From positions 928,001 to 992,000 of the forward strand of contig OY969706.1 in assembly GCA_963702095.1 (NCBI GenBank): a DNA stretch of 64,000 nt, written 5' to 3'. A model generated the notes under the pieces. That model ran no database searches. It had not been told where the DNA came from and saw only the letters and a program-made list of their open reading frames with translations. Each line of letters opens with the position of its first letter. Positions within the stretch are counted from its first letter, which is position 1. Shown here piece by piece: positions 20,859 through 30,702 of the stretch. The stretch comes from Candidatus Bathyarchaeota archaeon. GTDB lineage: Archaea > Thermoproteota > Bathyarchaeia > Bathyarchaeales > Bathycorpusculaceae. Position numbers and translations under genes: made by a program.

Positions 20859-21677
20859 ATGAATCGGGGCTTCGCTAAAAGACTTCCCAACAAAATAGTG
20901 CTTGTAATTCTAGGCATAATTGTAGTCACCTATTTTCTCCTAATTATTTTGCCTATCCTTTCAGTTTTTTTAAAAATTAGCCCCAGCCAAATCAGCGAAC
21001 AACTGCAAAACCCCCAAATCATAGAAGCCATAAACCTAAGCTTGTACACTTCTGCAATCGCAACCGTAATCGCCTTTATTCTTGCTGTTCCAACCGCCTA
21101 CTTCATGGCAACACGAAAATTCTGGGGCAAATCCGTTTTAGATACCATAATCGATTTACCCTTGGTGCTGCCCCCAGCCGTAGCCGGTGTGGCGTTGCTT
21201 TATGCTTTTGCGCCAATGGGTCTTTTGGGTCCAATATTCAATCATTTTGGCATAGTAATACCTGGCTACACAATCGCGGTTATCATTGCCGAAACTTTTG
21301 TTGCATCGCCTTTCCTTGTGCGTTCTGCAAAAATAGGTTTCGAAGGCATGGACCGCAACATAATAAACAGCGCCAAAATTTTAACTGGTTCACGGCTCAG
21401 GGTCTTCTACACCGTTTCATTGCCCCTTGTTATCCGCGCGGTCATCTCTGGCACGATGATGACTTGGGCGCGTGCGATGGGTGAATTCGGTGCCACCCTT
21501 ATGTTTGCAGGTAACTTGCAGGGGATAACCCAGACTATGCCCCTAGCGATTTATACCCTGCTGTACTCTATCCCCGCTGCGGGTATCACGTTATCCATTA
21601 TCCTAATCGTCATATCCTTCAGCGTCCTAATAGTGGTAAAACTGCTTGAACAAAAGAGGTTCGGAAACAGAAAATGA
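20859..21677 (+). CDS. modB: Molybdate ABC permease
   Basis: DLPLVLPPAVAG, WARAMGEFGAT, TQTMPLAIY. Confidence 0.92.
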   Translation: MNRGFAKRLPNKIVLVILGIIVVTYFLLIILPILSVFLKISPSQISEQLQNPQIIEAINLSLYTSAIATVIAFILAVPTAYFMATRKFWGKSVLDTIIDLPLVLPPAVAGVALLYAFAPMGLLGPIFNHFGIVIPGYTIAVIIAETFVASPFLVRSAKIGFEGMDRNIINSAKILTGSRLRVFYTVSLPLVIRAVISGTMMTWARAMGEFGATLMFAGNLQGITQTMPLAIYTLLYSIPAAGITLSIILIVISFSVLIVVKLLEQKRFGNRK

Positions 21678-22789
21678 TAAACATCGAAGCAGTCACCAAA
21701 TCCTTCGGCAACAAAAAAGTCATCGACAACCTTAGCTTAGAGGTCAAACCCCATGAAATCGTAAGCTTGCTGGGGCCCAACGGTTGTGGCAAAACAACAC
21801 TGCTAAATATGCTCTCAGGTTTGCTACGTCAGGACAGCGGCAACATCTACATCAACGATGTCTTAGTCAGCGGTTGCCATGGCAAGAAAAGAGTCAATTT
21901 AAGCCCTTCAGATCGTAGGGTCGGATATGTTTTCCAAAGCATCTCCCTGTTTCCAAACATGCGGGTGGAGGATAACGTCGCATATGGTTTAAAGGCACTT
22001 CATCTGCCTCAAAAAGACGTTAAAAAACGGACTGTGGAACTGCTGGATTTCGTCAGTTTATCAGAGTATGCACGGTTCTATCCTAGTCAACTCAGCGGGG
22101 GACAGAAGCAGCGCACTGCGTTGGCAAGGTCATTGGCTACTGAGCCAAGCGTACTACTGCTCGATGAACCCGTCTCCGCAATAGACCCCCAGTTGAGGGA
22201 GTCGTTTAGGGTTGAGTTAAAGAATTATTTGCGTAAACTCAAAATCACCGTTGTCTACGTTACGCATAACCTGTCAGAGGCGTTTATTATGTCTGATAGA
22301 ATCGCTGTCATGGGTAACGGGCGTATTGAGCAAATCGGTTCAGGCAGCGAAATCTTTGATAAACCCCGCTCAACTTTTGTTGCCCAGTTCCTAGGCGTCA
22401 ACACGTTCAAATGTAAAGCGCGCCGGGTTTGCGGTGGCTTATTAGAGCTTGACGCCGTCCGTGGGCTTCACTTGTTGGCGGATGCTTCTCCAGAGTTAGA
22501 AGGAAAAAATGTTGTGGCAACACTGAAGCCTGAGGATATTTTTCTATCAAACATGGAAAAACAGGATTCAAAGGGTGCTTCGTTAAACATTGTGGAGGGT
22601 ACAATAACTGAGATGACTCAGATGCGTTCCACCGCGCAAATCTCAGTTGATGTGGGCTTCACCTTGAAAGTTAGAGTTCAATTGAGTGCCCTAAAAAATA
22701 TGGGTGCAATCGTCGGCGACAAAGTGCAGGTGAGTTTTAACCCTCAAGTTTTAAACGTGTTTGTTGATAGTAGTACCGTTGAACTGTAA
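21674..22789 (+). CDS. modC: Molybdate ABC ATPase with TOBE domain
   Basis: GPNGCGKT, LSGGQKQR, LLDEP; operon context. Confidence 0.88.
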   Translation: MINIEAVTKSFGNKKVIDNLSLEVKPHEIVSLLGPNGCGKTTLLNMLSGLLRQDSGNIYINDVLVSGCHGKKRVNLSPSDRRVGYVFQSISLFPNMRVEDNVAYGLKALHLPQKDVKKRTVELLDFVSLSEYARFYPSQLSGGQKQRTALARSLATEPSVLLLDEPVSAIDPQLRESFRVELKNYLRKLKITVVYVTHNLSEAFIMSDRIAVMGNGRIEQIGSGSEIFDKPRSTFVAQFLGVNTFKCKARRVCGGLLELDAVRGLHLLADASPELEGKNVVATLKPEDIFLSNMEKQDSKGASLNIVEGTITEMTQMRSTAQISVDVGFTLKVRVQLSALKNMGAIVGDKVQVSFNPQVLNVFVDSSTVEL

Positions 22790-22804
22790 AAAAGGTGTTT
22801 CAGT

Positions 22805-23311
22805 ATGTCATCAAATCAAACCAAGCCATTGAATGAATTCAACTTAAAAGCAATCGGCGTAGTGCATTCGCCCTTCAAGGAACCGAAAAACGTTCCCATA
22901 CAAGCATCGGCTTCAACCGCTGAAGGCACCGTAGAAGTTTTCCCAGAATACGCTGAGGGTTTACGTGACATCGAGGGCTTTTCCCATATTATTCTGCTCT
23001 GCTACCTTCACTTGGCGAAGGGCAGTCCTCTGATTGTCAAGCCATTCCTTGACGACAAAACCCACGGCGTATTCGCCACGCGGTCACCGGCTAGACCCAA
23101 CAATATCGGCTTATCAGTGGTTAAATTAAAGAGCGTAGAAGGCAACATTCTGCACGTTGTAGGTTTGGACGTAATTGACGGAACCGCCTTAATCGACATT
23201 AAACCCTATATTCCAGAGATTGACTGCCGCCAAGAAGTAAAAACTGGATGGTTCAGCAGCAAAATAAGCAAACTCGACAGCACACGCGATGACGGTCGAT
23301 TCTGCAAGTAA
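22805..23311 (+). CDS. tsaA: TsaA/TrmO-like SAM-binding protein
   Basis: IGVVHSPF, GVFATRSPARPN, DVIDGT, DIKPY. Confidence 0.88.
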   Translation: MSSNQTKPLNEFNLKAIGVVHSPFKEPKNVPIQASASTAEGTVEVFPEYAEGLRDIEGFSHIILLCYLHLAKGSPLIVKPFLDDKTHGVFATRSPARPNNIGLSVVKLKSVEGNILHVVGLDVIDGTALIDIKPYIPEIDCRQEVKTGWFSSKISKLDSTRDDGRFCK

Positions 23312-23328
23312 CCGTTTCGCAACGTTTG

Positions 23329-23492
23329 TTCTGCTTGAGGAAAACTCCACAACCAGCCAGCAACTCAAATCCCTTGCAGAACGCAAAACACAGCCGCCCC
23401 TTAAGCCCACTGGAAGAAGATGAGTAAGGGGCTCGCTGCCTTCATATTAAAATAGAAAAAACAAAGTAGGGTTTGGCGCCTCGGCAGCAACT
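23329..23492 (+). repeat. Repeat family B, copy 2
   Basis: TTCTGCTTGAGGAAAACTCCACAACCAGCCAGCAA...GGAAGAAGATGAGTAAGG...TAGAAAAA...CGGCAGCAAC. Confidence 0.85.
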
Positions 23493-23544
23493 TTTAAAAA
23501 AACGACTGGTCAGCCCTAAAAGGGATATAGGACAAAGAATTCTT

Positions 23545-24309
23545 CTATTTCTGCATGTTTTGAAGCACAAAAAGAGTAATAGTCGCCATATTGAGCAAGT
23601 TTAAATCAAGTGCTTCGCCGTTTAAGCCTTTTTCTTGCACCGCTTCACTGAAGGGGATAGCGCCAATCACCTTCTCTTTGCCTATCTTTGCAATTATTTT
23701 ATCCGCAATGTTGCCGTCGGCTTTGTTGATTATGAATCGGAGGGGTTTTTGGCTTTCTTTAGTCATCGCAACTATTTTCTCAGATAGCCTAATCGACTCG
23801 TAAGAGGGGTCGACTATCCCCAAAATGAGGTCCACGCTTTTCGCTACGCCTCTGCCTAAATGTTCCACGCCTGCTTCGGTGTCGATGATGGCGACGTCTT
23901 TTGAACTCAAGGTTAGGTGGCTGAGGAAGTCTTTGGAGAGTACCCCCATGGGGCAAGCGCAGCCTTCGCCGTAGTGCTTGACTTTTCCAATCTGCAACAG
24001 GTATAGGTTGCCTTTATTTGAGAGACACTCCGCGGGTATATCCTCAATACTCCACGGTTCGCTAAATACTGGGGTTTTGTGGACGTCGCCTTGGGCTTTA
24101 CCCATCTTGTTTTTCACAGCGTTTTTTCCACCAATGTACTCCATAAGCTCCATTGGAGAGTTTAATCCCAGTTGAGCGCTAAGACCAAAATTTGATTCAT
24201 CGGCATCAACAACTAAGACACGGTAGCCTCTTGCTTGCAAACTCTTTGCCAGAAGCGCGGCAACAGTGCTTTTTCCGCTGCCGCCTTTGCCGCATATCAA
24301 AATTTTCAT
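23545..24309 (-). CDS. cooC: CooC-like nickel-insertion ATPase
   Basis: GKGGSGKS, VDADESN, EGCACPMG, DTEAGVEHLGRG. Confidence 0.85.
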   Translation of the reverse strand: MKILICGKGGSGKSTVAALLAKSLQARGYRVLVVDADESNFGLSAQLGLNSPMELMEYIGGKNAVKNKMGKAQGDVHKTPVFSEPWSIEDIPAECLSNKGNLYLLQIGKVKHYGEGCACPMGVLSKDFLSHLTLSSKDVAIIDTEAGVEHLGRGVAKSVDLILGIVDPSYESIRLSEKIVAMTKESQKPLRFIINKADGNIADKIIAKIGKEKVIGAIPFSEAVQEKGLNGEALDLNLLNMATITLFVLQNMQK

Positions 24310-24316
24310 GCTTCAC

Positions 24317-25129
24317 TTACTCCTGCTGGTTTTTATTTTTCGGTTTGATAGTTATGAATTGAACGGCTGATTTGAGGGCTGGTGTTCCTCCTCCTTCTGA
24401 TACTATCTGCATCATTTTGGCTGCATCTGTAATTTTGACTCCGCCGACTATGGTTACGCCGTGTTCAAAGAGAACATCTGGCAGTATCCCCGCGGACGCT
24501 CCTATAACGGCGACTTCCCGTGCTTTTGCCGTGAGTTCTAGCAGGTGGTCTATTGTTCCGTTCGCTATCGCAGTTCCCGTAATTAGAACCACGTCTGCGT
24601 TGGGCAGGATTTGGTCGCAGGCAGTATCTGGCAGGACACCCTCTCGGCGCATTGTTGGGGTTCTTTCAAGGATATGGAGTTGCTTTGCTTTTGCTCGAAT
24701 GGGCGGAATAAAAGGTGCAATGTAGCCGACTAAGGCAACGACGTCTTCTTTGGTTAGCGGAATAAACTCTAACACGTCTCCGCTTGAAACTGTGTAGTTC
24801 TGAGGGTTTTTCTCTATGACAATTTGGGAAAGCGCGTTTAATGTTGCATGGCCTAATACGCTTTCACGTATGTCCCACGATTTTGCTTTTTCTGCCAGCT
24901 TAAACGCGGGCATACCGACTAATGTCCCCGCTAAATCAGAGACTTGGCAATGCTGTGTGGCTTGTGCTATCTCAGCTTGGAAGGTGTAGCATAGGCGTGC
25001 ATGGCCATCGTTTAGCCTTACACCAGTGTAGCCGAGGCCCAAAACAACTTGCTCAACTACTATGTCATCAAGCTCCGGTATGGAGGCTTTAATTTTTTCC
25101 AGTGCTTCTTCAACAATAAGTTTTGTCAT
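24317..25129 (-). CDS. DUF364 / heavy-metal-chelation family protein
   Basis: GHATLNALSQ, VALVGY, ITGTAIANGTIDHLL. Confidence 0.8.
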   Translation of the reverse strand: MTKLIVEEALEKIKASIPELDDIVVEQVVLGLGYTGVRLNDGHARLCYTFQAEIAQATQHCQVSDLAGTLVGMPAFKLAEKAKSWDIRESVLGHATLNALSQIVIEKNPQNYTVSSGDVLEFIPLTKEDVVALVGYIAPFIPPIRAKAKQLHILERTPTMRREGVLPDTACDQILPNADVVLITGTAIANGTIDHLLELTAKAREVAVIGASAGILPDVLFEHGVTIVGGVKITDAAKMMQIVSEGGGTPALKSAVQFITIKPKNKNQQE

Positions 25130-25132
25130 CTT

Positions 25133-25694
25133 TTATTCCTTCTTTGTTAATTCTATATAGTATTTGCCGTTTGCGCAGGCGCGGCAAAGCAGTTTTCCAC
25201 CACGACTAACGTCGCGGCCATCCATTATTCTTTCGCCGCAAACACTGCAGTTTTCACGTTTCTTGGGAAGACCAGGGCAAATCAGTTTCCGCAATATCCA
25301 CCATAACTTCTTGGATGTATACAACTTCGTTTTCGGGAAGTTGAGCCATTTTTTCCACCACCTCTTGAGGGTTACCTTTGATTTCGCAGCTTTCCCGAAT
25401 GGTCGCGCGGACGGCTTTGTTGGTTGTGAGGTTTACGAAGGTGGCGGCGAATTTGCCGTAGTCAACGTATTTTAGTGTTCGGTGACCCAGCGTGCAGCCG
25501 CTGATTACCTGAATCGCATCCGTCATGCAGCGGTCGATTTCGGCGTACACGATCAGGTTCTTGTTTTTGACGGCTGGGTCTAATCTCAGGTGCTTCATTG
25601 CGGCTAAGGTCATTTTTGTTCCCATGGCTATGCCGAAGCAAATGTGACCATGGTAGTCTCCTACTTTCTTAACGTATGTTTCAAATTCACTCAC
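25133..25694 (-). CDS. FmdE family protein with C-terminal Zn finger; frameshift near 25275
   Basis: YHGHICFG, EIDRCMTDAIQ, GCTLG, YGKFAATF; CSVCGE...CRAC tail in the other frame. Confidence 0.85.
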
Positions 25695-25710
25695 TGTTTT
25701 AGTCTCCTAG

Positions 25711-26505
25711 TTACTCTCCAACAGGTACAACTATCCTTCGTTTGACGCCTACATCGACGTCAACATTAACTATTTTGACTTTGATTTTGTAAACGTCTGC
25801 CAAATTGGATTCAGTTATGATTTCGTCTGGTGCACCAACATCTATCAACTCGCCCTGCTTCATGAGAACTACTTGGTTGGATACTAAGAAGGCATGGTCG
25901 GGAAAATGCGAGGTCATAATTATCGGCAACCCCGTATTCGCCAATCTCTGCAATGTTGCCAACAATTTTATTTGGTTTCCAAAGTCTAAATGTGAGGTTG
26001 GCTCGTCCAGTAAGAGCAGGGAGGGCTTCTGTGCTAAGACTCTGGCGATAAGAACCATCTGTCTTTCGCCGCCGCTAAGCTGAATGTAGGAAGTATTGGC
26101 CAAGTGGGATATACCCATGGTTTCTAAAGCCTGATTCGCGATTTGGACATCCTCTTTTTTCGGTGCATCCAGAAATCCAATGTGAGGCGCTCTGCCAACC
26201 AGAACTGCATCCAGCACTGAAAAGGCGAAGCTGGGCTGATGAAACTGCGGCACGTAACCGATGGCTTTTGCTATTTCAACTCTTGACAAATTGGCGAGGT
26301 CTTTGCCGTTTATCGAGATGTTGCCCCCCTGTAATTTTATTAGTCCATCAATGCATTTTAGCAGGGTTGTTTTTCCGCAGGCGTTTGGTCCCAGTATGGA
26401 TATCACTCCGGGCTGGTCTAAGGTGAAATTGATATCTTTAAAGCCATGGCTTTTTTCTAAGTCATAGTGGTATTCAGCGTGGCTTACGCAGAGTTTTATG
26501 CCCAA
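25711..26505 (-). CDS. Metal-chelate ABC transporter ATPase (FecE-like)
   Basis: GPNACGKT, LSGGERQ, LDEPTSHLDFGNQ, SHFPDHA. Confidence 0.9.
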   Translation of the reverse strand: MGIKLCVSHAEYHYDLEKSHGFKDINFTLDQPGVISILGPNACGKTTLLKCIDGLIKLQGGNISINGKDLANLSRVEIAKAIGYVPQFHQPSFAFSVLDAVLVGRAPHIGFLDAPKKEDVQIANQALETMGISHLANTSYIQLSGGERQMVLIARVLAQKPSLLLLDEPTSHLDFGNQIKLLATLQRLANTGLPIIMTSHFPDHAFLVSNQVVLMKQGELIDVGAPDEIITESNLADVYKIKVKIVNVDVDVGVKRRIVVPVGE

Positions 26506-27554
26506 CCCTTTCCTCTCCTGCTAAGCATATACAAGAAGAATGGTGCGCCAATCATGGCTGTGAGAATGCCAAGCGGTATTTCTAAGCTTGAGACTGTTCG
26601 GGCAATGTCATCTATGAGCAATAGGTAAGATGCTCCCAGCAGAAGGCTTACTGGCAGAAGGCGCCTATGGTCGGGTCCAACCAGTAAGCGGCTGATGTGC
26701 GGAATCACCAGCCCTACCCAACCGATGATGCCGCTGAGGCAAACTGCCGCGGCGCTTATCATGGTGCAGCAGATTATGATTATGATGCGAACTCGACCCA
26801 CGTTTACGCCCAGTGCCTGAGCTTCTTCTTCGCCCATAGCCAACACGTTGAAGCGCCAGCGAATAAGCAACAGGATAATTATTCCAATAATCATCGGTAC
26901 AGCGGCAACTAATACGTCGGTGAGGCTAAGTGAAGCTAAACTGCCCATTAACCAATAAATGATTGTTGGCAGTTGATCGGTGGGGTCAGCGATATACTCC
27001 ATCAACGACAATGAAGCGCTGAACAAGGAGGTTATTGCCAGTCCAGCCAAGACTAAACTAAGCGTGCGGTTGCCCTTAACTACCCTACTGACAGCGTAAA
27101 CAATACCTACAGATACTAGCCCAAAACCAAACGCGAAAACTTGGATGATAACTCGGTCTCCGGACAGCAAGATAGCTAAAGCCGCACCGAAACCGGCACC
27201 TGCAGAGACACCGAGAATATCCGGCGAAACCAATGGATTGCGGAAAAGTCCCTGAAAAGAGCCTCCTGCCAAAGATAACGTGGCGCCAATTAAGAGAGCT
27301 GCCATTATTCTGGGCAGTCTAATCGTCATTACTACTGTGTTAGGAATATTTGATTGCGCGTGCCCTAAAAGGTTTGAACCCAAAATACCTAGCACATCAC
27401 CCGGGGGAACAGAGTATCTGCCTAAACCTAATGATAAAATGAAGAGGGATATCAGGAAAATCAAGAGGAATATGCTTATTGGGAGACCACGCAGAGCTTT
27501 GAGCGTTTTAAGAATTTTTGCCCAGTAAGCTTTTGATGTTATCTGGTTTTTCAT
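26496..27554 (-). CDS. FecCD-family ABC permease
   Basis: IRLPRI, FRNPLVSPDILGVSAGA, IGWVGLVIPH, EIPLGI. Confidence 0.92.
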   Translation of the reverse strand: MKNQITSKAYWAKILKTLKALRGLPISIFLLIFLISLFILSLGLGRYSVPPGDVLGILGSNLLGHAQSNIPNTVVMTIRLPRIMAALLIGATLSLAGGSFQGLFRNPLVSPDILGVSAGAGFGAALAILLSGDRVIIQVFAFGFGLVSVGIVYAVSRVVKGNRTLSLVLAGLAITSLFSASLSLMEYIADPTDQLPTIIYWLMGSLASLSLTDVLVAAVPMIIGIIILLLIRWRFNVLAMGEEEAQALGVNVGRVRIIIIICCTMISAAAVCLSGIIGWVGLVIPHISRLLVGPDHRRLLPVSLLLGASYLLLIDDIARTVSSLEIPLGILTAMIGAPFFLYMLSRRGKGWA

Positions 27555-27656
27555 TGTTCAGAGGTTCCCAGCTCAGATGTCTCAATTTTACTTTTTCTTA
27601 TAAGTGTAAATTTGATGGTTTTTTAAAAGAAAAAAGGGAAGAAGGTACGTTTTGAA

Positions 27657-28892
27657 TTATAAGTTTCCTCCGCTTAGTAACGTCTGCACTTGGGCGTCTG
27701 TTAGGTTATAGTGGAAGAAGTCGGTGTAGAAAGTCTTCACTTGTGCGTTAAGGTCTAAATCCGTTGTTAAGCCTGGGTAAAGCGTGTGCACCATCCAGTA
27801 CATACCCAGAATTTGGCCTGGACCAGGTGGACCATCAAACCATGAATATGGGTTGTCTGGTCTGATTACGACTTTGCCGTCTTTGACTGCATCGAGTTGG
27901 TTCCAAGTTGGGCTATTCATGATTGTGTTGTAAAGTGTTGCTTGACTACCGCGTCCAATGATGATTATCTGTGGATTCCATTGGTAGATTGCTTCCATAG
28001 ACGTTGATGCCATGCCGTAACCTGGTAGCAACGTAACGTTGGCAACGTTTACGCCGCCGCAGAATGATATGAGCATTGTATGCATTGAGCCTTGAGGGTC
28101 AGTGTTTAGTCCTGCTGAGCCTTCCGCATAGTAGACTGTGACTTTGTCGGCAGGTTGAATGTTGTAGACTTTAGAGGTTACATAGTTCATGGCGTCTTGG
28201 TAGTAATCATTGAGTTTCTGCGCTTGTGTCTGTACACCCAGCAAGTTTCCTATGAGGGTAATTTCAGCTTTGTATTGGGTTATATAGTCACCAGCGCTGC
28301 AGCCGATAACTGGAACTGTACCGAACTGTTCTTGCCGTGACGCAAGGGAGTCATTTGTGCTGTCTGTGCCGTCTAAGATGATGTCTGGGTTTGCCACCAA
28401 GAAAGTTTCGACGTTGCCTGTTGATTGCCCATACCAGCCGCCCACAACAGGTATGTCAGCATAGACGTCTGGGACGTATGCTGGGTTGCCATTGTAAGTG
28501 AATGGTAAACCAACGAGTTTGTCTGGTGCAAGCATGTAGACGATTTCTGCTTCGATTGGGCTTGTGCATAACACGCGGTTAATTGTGTATGGAACAGTTA
28601 AGGTTCTGCCATACATGTCGACGACTGTTTTTGACGTTGGAGTCAGCGTGGGGGTAGGTGCAGGCGTGGCTGTAGGGGACGGCTTGGTGGTTGCCTTTGG
28701 AGTGGGGGATGGCGAGGCGGTGGTTATCGGCGAGGGCGACGATGTTGTTGTCGGAGTAGGCGTTGGAGTAGGAGATGTTGAGTCTTTGTTGAGGTACGGC
28801 GGAATCAATATAGCTCCCACCAGTACCACAGTAATTAACACCACAACAGCGGTTACTATTACCAATTGATTTTTCGTAGCTTTTAATCCCAT
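27657..28892 (-). CDS. Metal-chelate ABC substrate-binding protein with PT-rich linker
   Basis: N-terminal TM, PTPT tether, DMYGR, NPDII, WNPQII, PYSWFDGPP. Confidence 0.88.
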   Translation of the reverse strand: MGLKATKNQLVIVTAVVVLITVVLVGAILIPPYLNKDSTSPTPTPTPTTTSSPSPITTASPSPTPKATTKPSPTATPAPTPTLTPTSKTVVDMYGRTLTVPYTINRVLCTSPIEAEIVYMLAPDKLVGLPFTYNGNPAYVPDVYADIPVVGGWYGQSTGNVETFLVANPDIILDGTDSTNDSLASRQEQFGTVPVIGCSAGDYITQYKAEITLIGNLLGVQTQAQKLNDYYQDAMNYVTSKVYNIQPADKVTVYYAEGSAGLNTDPQGSMHTMLISFCGGVNVANVTLLPGYGMASTSMEAIYQWNPQIIIIGRGSQATLYNTIMNSPTWNQLDAVKDGKVVIRPDNPYSWFDGPPGPGQILGMYWMVHTLYPGLTTDLDLNAQVKTFYTDFFHYNLTDAQVQTLLSGGNL

Positions 28893-28936
28893 TTTGTTAC
28901 CCTTCTCATAACTTTGGGAAAAAACGCTCACGTGAA

Positions 28937-28968
28937 TTCATAAGGCTTGGTAAACCGATTCGTTTACC
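28937..28968 (-). promoter_or_regulatory. Palindrome 6 bp upstream of TATA (candidate Tfx site 1)
   Basis: GGTAAAC-N6-GTTTACC at 28949-28968; TTATGAA on minus strand. Confidence 0.65.
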
Positions 28969-29040
28969 TTATCCGTATACCCGAGTGCCCAATTGGGTGG
29001 GCAAGAAAAGAAAACTCTTTAAAGATGGGTCACAAAGGGG

Positions 29041-29706
29041 TTATATCGGATGGTAGTAAGACCCTCTCAGGCAGTTTCTGCATAAAACCTTGTCGCCTTG
29101 CTTAACCCCCATGCCAGTCATAATTTCCTCGCCACATCTCGAGCAGACTACCGCAGGATCCATCCTTGAGGAAATAAGCGGGCTGTCCCATGACACTTCG
29201 ACCGCTTGGTAATCAAGCAAATCTTCGGGCGGCAACTTCATGAAAGCGTTCATTAATATCTGCCGTTCAAGGCGGGACATTGGCTCAACTTTTTGGTCTG
29301 CTGTAATTATATCATCTTTAACTGCCAATGCCAAGGCACGTTCTGTTAAATCTTTCTTTGAATAAACCCTGTACCCCTTCCCTGTTCTGCCGTCGACAAA
29401 AGTCGCAGCTGATTTACCGTAATAGAGCATTTTGAGTTTTCTACTTCCAGCGCTGCATCCAGTGGTGACTTGTATGCCGTCTGCGGGACACTTGTCGTTC
29501 TCAACGAAGACTACGAGGTACTCCCTTTTTTCTTCTTCAGGCAAGTTTAGAAGTTTGAGCCCCATCTGAGCCATCTTAATGCCTAAAGGCAAGCCTAGGC
29601 AGCGGTGGCCTCTTAGGTCTGATGCTTTTTGGATGAGTCCCTCAAAATCGTTAATGTTTATCGGAGGCGCTGCGTGATGTGTGTGCTCTTTTTTGTTGGG
29701 GTACAA
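29041..29706 (-). CDS. FmdE family protein with Zn finger
   Basis: GHRCLG, ENDKCPADGIQ, YGKSAATF, CSRCGE...CRNC. Confidence 0.88.
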   Translation of the reverse strand: MYPNKKEHTHHAAPPININDFEGLIQKASDLRGHRCLGLPLGIKMAQMGLKLLNLPEEEKREYLVVFVENDKCPADGIQVTTGCSAGSRKLKMLYYGKSAATFVDGRTGKGYRVYSKKDLTERALALAVKDDIITADQKVEPMSRLERQILMNAFMKLPPEDLLDYQAVEVSWDSPLISSRMDPAVVCSRCGEEIMTGMGVKQGDKVLCRNCLRGSYYHPI

Positions 29707-29746
29707 TCTATTTGCTTCCTTTTTAGTTTAGGCTTACCTCGGTTGA

Positions 29747-29778
29747 TTTATAAGTTTTCGTAAACCAATCGGATTACC
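29747..29778 (-). promoter_or_regulatory. Palindrome 6 bp upstream of TATA (candidate Tfx site 2)
   Basis: GTAAAC-N6-GATTAC at 29760-29777; TTATAAA on minus strand, same spacing as site 1. Confidence 0.65.
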
Positions 29779-29796
29779 CTTCTAGGCGTTTCTAAA

Positions 29797-30252
29797 TTAA
29801 TGGACAAGCAGTTGCCCGTCCTGCTTTATCCTTACTGCAAGGGGAGAAACTAATCGACATTGTCGGATCTTACCCTTAGACTTAACCAATGCTATTATAC
29901 AATTTTCATCCAGTTTTACCCAAATTCCAAGTGTGTCTCCCCTCAAAAAGATAAGTCTGGGAACATCGTAAATGGAGGTGCGGCTTGGTATCAGGAATAT
30001 TCCATCTTGGTGAAGAGATTCGAAGGCTTCAATCGTTGCCTGTGCAGCCCAGACAACTTTGTACGCGTTACGTTCTATGATGCTTACGTTTACTCTGCTT
30101 GTGCCAAGCATCTTGGCTACTTTTTCCTGTGTGAAGCCACGTTTTCTCAGTAGCAGGACCTCTATTTGGCGGGAAGTGAGGTTTGTGCGGCTCTTTATGG
30201 ATAGTTTGTTACAGTTTTTCCTGACGATTGCTATGTCAGCTGTAGTTAGCAT
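29797..30252 (-). CDS. tfx: Tfx family DNA-binding protein
   Basis: LTSRQIEVLLLRKRGFTQEKVAKMLGTSRVNVSIIERNA; directly upstream of an fmdE-like gene. Confidence 0.85.
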   Translation of the reverse strand: MLTTADIAIVRKNCNKLSIKSRTNLTSRQIEVLLLRKRGFTQEKVAKMLGTSRVNVSIIERNAYKVVWAAQATIEAFESLHQDGIFLIPSRTSIYDVPRLIFLRGDTLGIWVKLDENCIIALVKSKGKIRQCRLVSPLAVRIKQDGQLLVH

Positions 30253-30686
30253 TTTATTTCCGCCTCAGAATATTTTTTGATTATTTGGTTTGCAGCGTAG
30301 GATAGGGTTACTTTTGAGTCTTTGGTGTAAGCAATGTGTTTGATTTCGTTTTTGGGCTCTGCGGCACCAGTGACTTTCATGAGGTAAACTTTATGGTTGT
30401 CTTTGAAGAAACCGCCTTTTATGCTTCTTTGGATACGCCCGTTATACTCAAAGAGCCAAGCGCACTTGTCTGCTTTTAATCCAGTTTCCTCCTCCAATTC
30501 TCTTAGGGCAGCTTCTCTACGGCTTTCACCCTCTTTAGCTGCTCCTCCTGGCAGATCATATTTTTTGCCGTCTTCGCTAACTACTAATATGCCCCTGCAA
30601 GTATCAACTACCGCCGTTCCCCTTCTTCGACTTCTAAAACGCAGGCACCTCTGCCATCTGCGCGGTCTCTTTTGTGCTTGCTTCAA
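30246..30686 (-). CDS. NUDIX hydrolase
   Basis: LPGG-x-GE...AALRELEEETGL Nudix box. Confidence 0.9.
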   Translation of the reverse strand: MKQAQKRPRRWQRCLRFRSRRRGTAVVDTCRGILVVSEDGKKYDLPGGAAKEGESRREAALRELEEETGLKADKCAWLFEYNGRIQRSIKGGFFKDNHKVYLMKVTGAAEPKNEIKHIAYTKDSKVTLSYAANQIIKKYSEAEIKC

Positions 30687-30702
30687 TTCGCGGGCCTCTC
30701 AA

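Noticed and set aside
25254-25324. Programmed frameshift or phase variation in fmdE and other split genes
   Set aside because: No slippery heptamers or long tracts; indels also hit housekeeping genes, so assembly error is more likely
28640-28780. Tandem-repeat-like DNA, also at 6720-6750 and 46750-46820
   Set aside because: Encodes ordinary Pro/Thr linkers of anchored proteins
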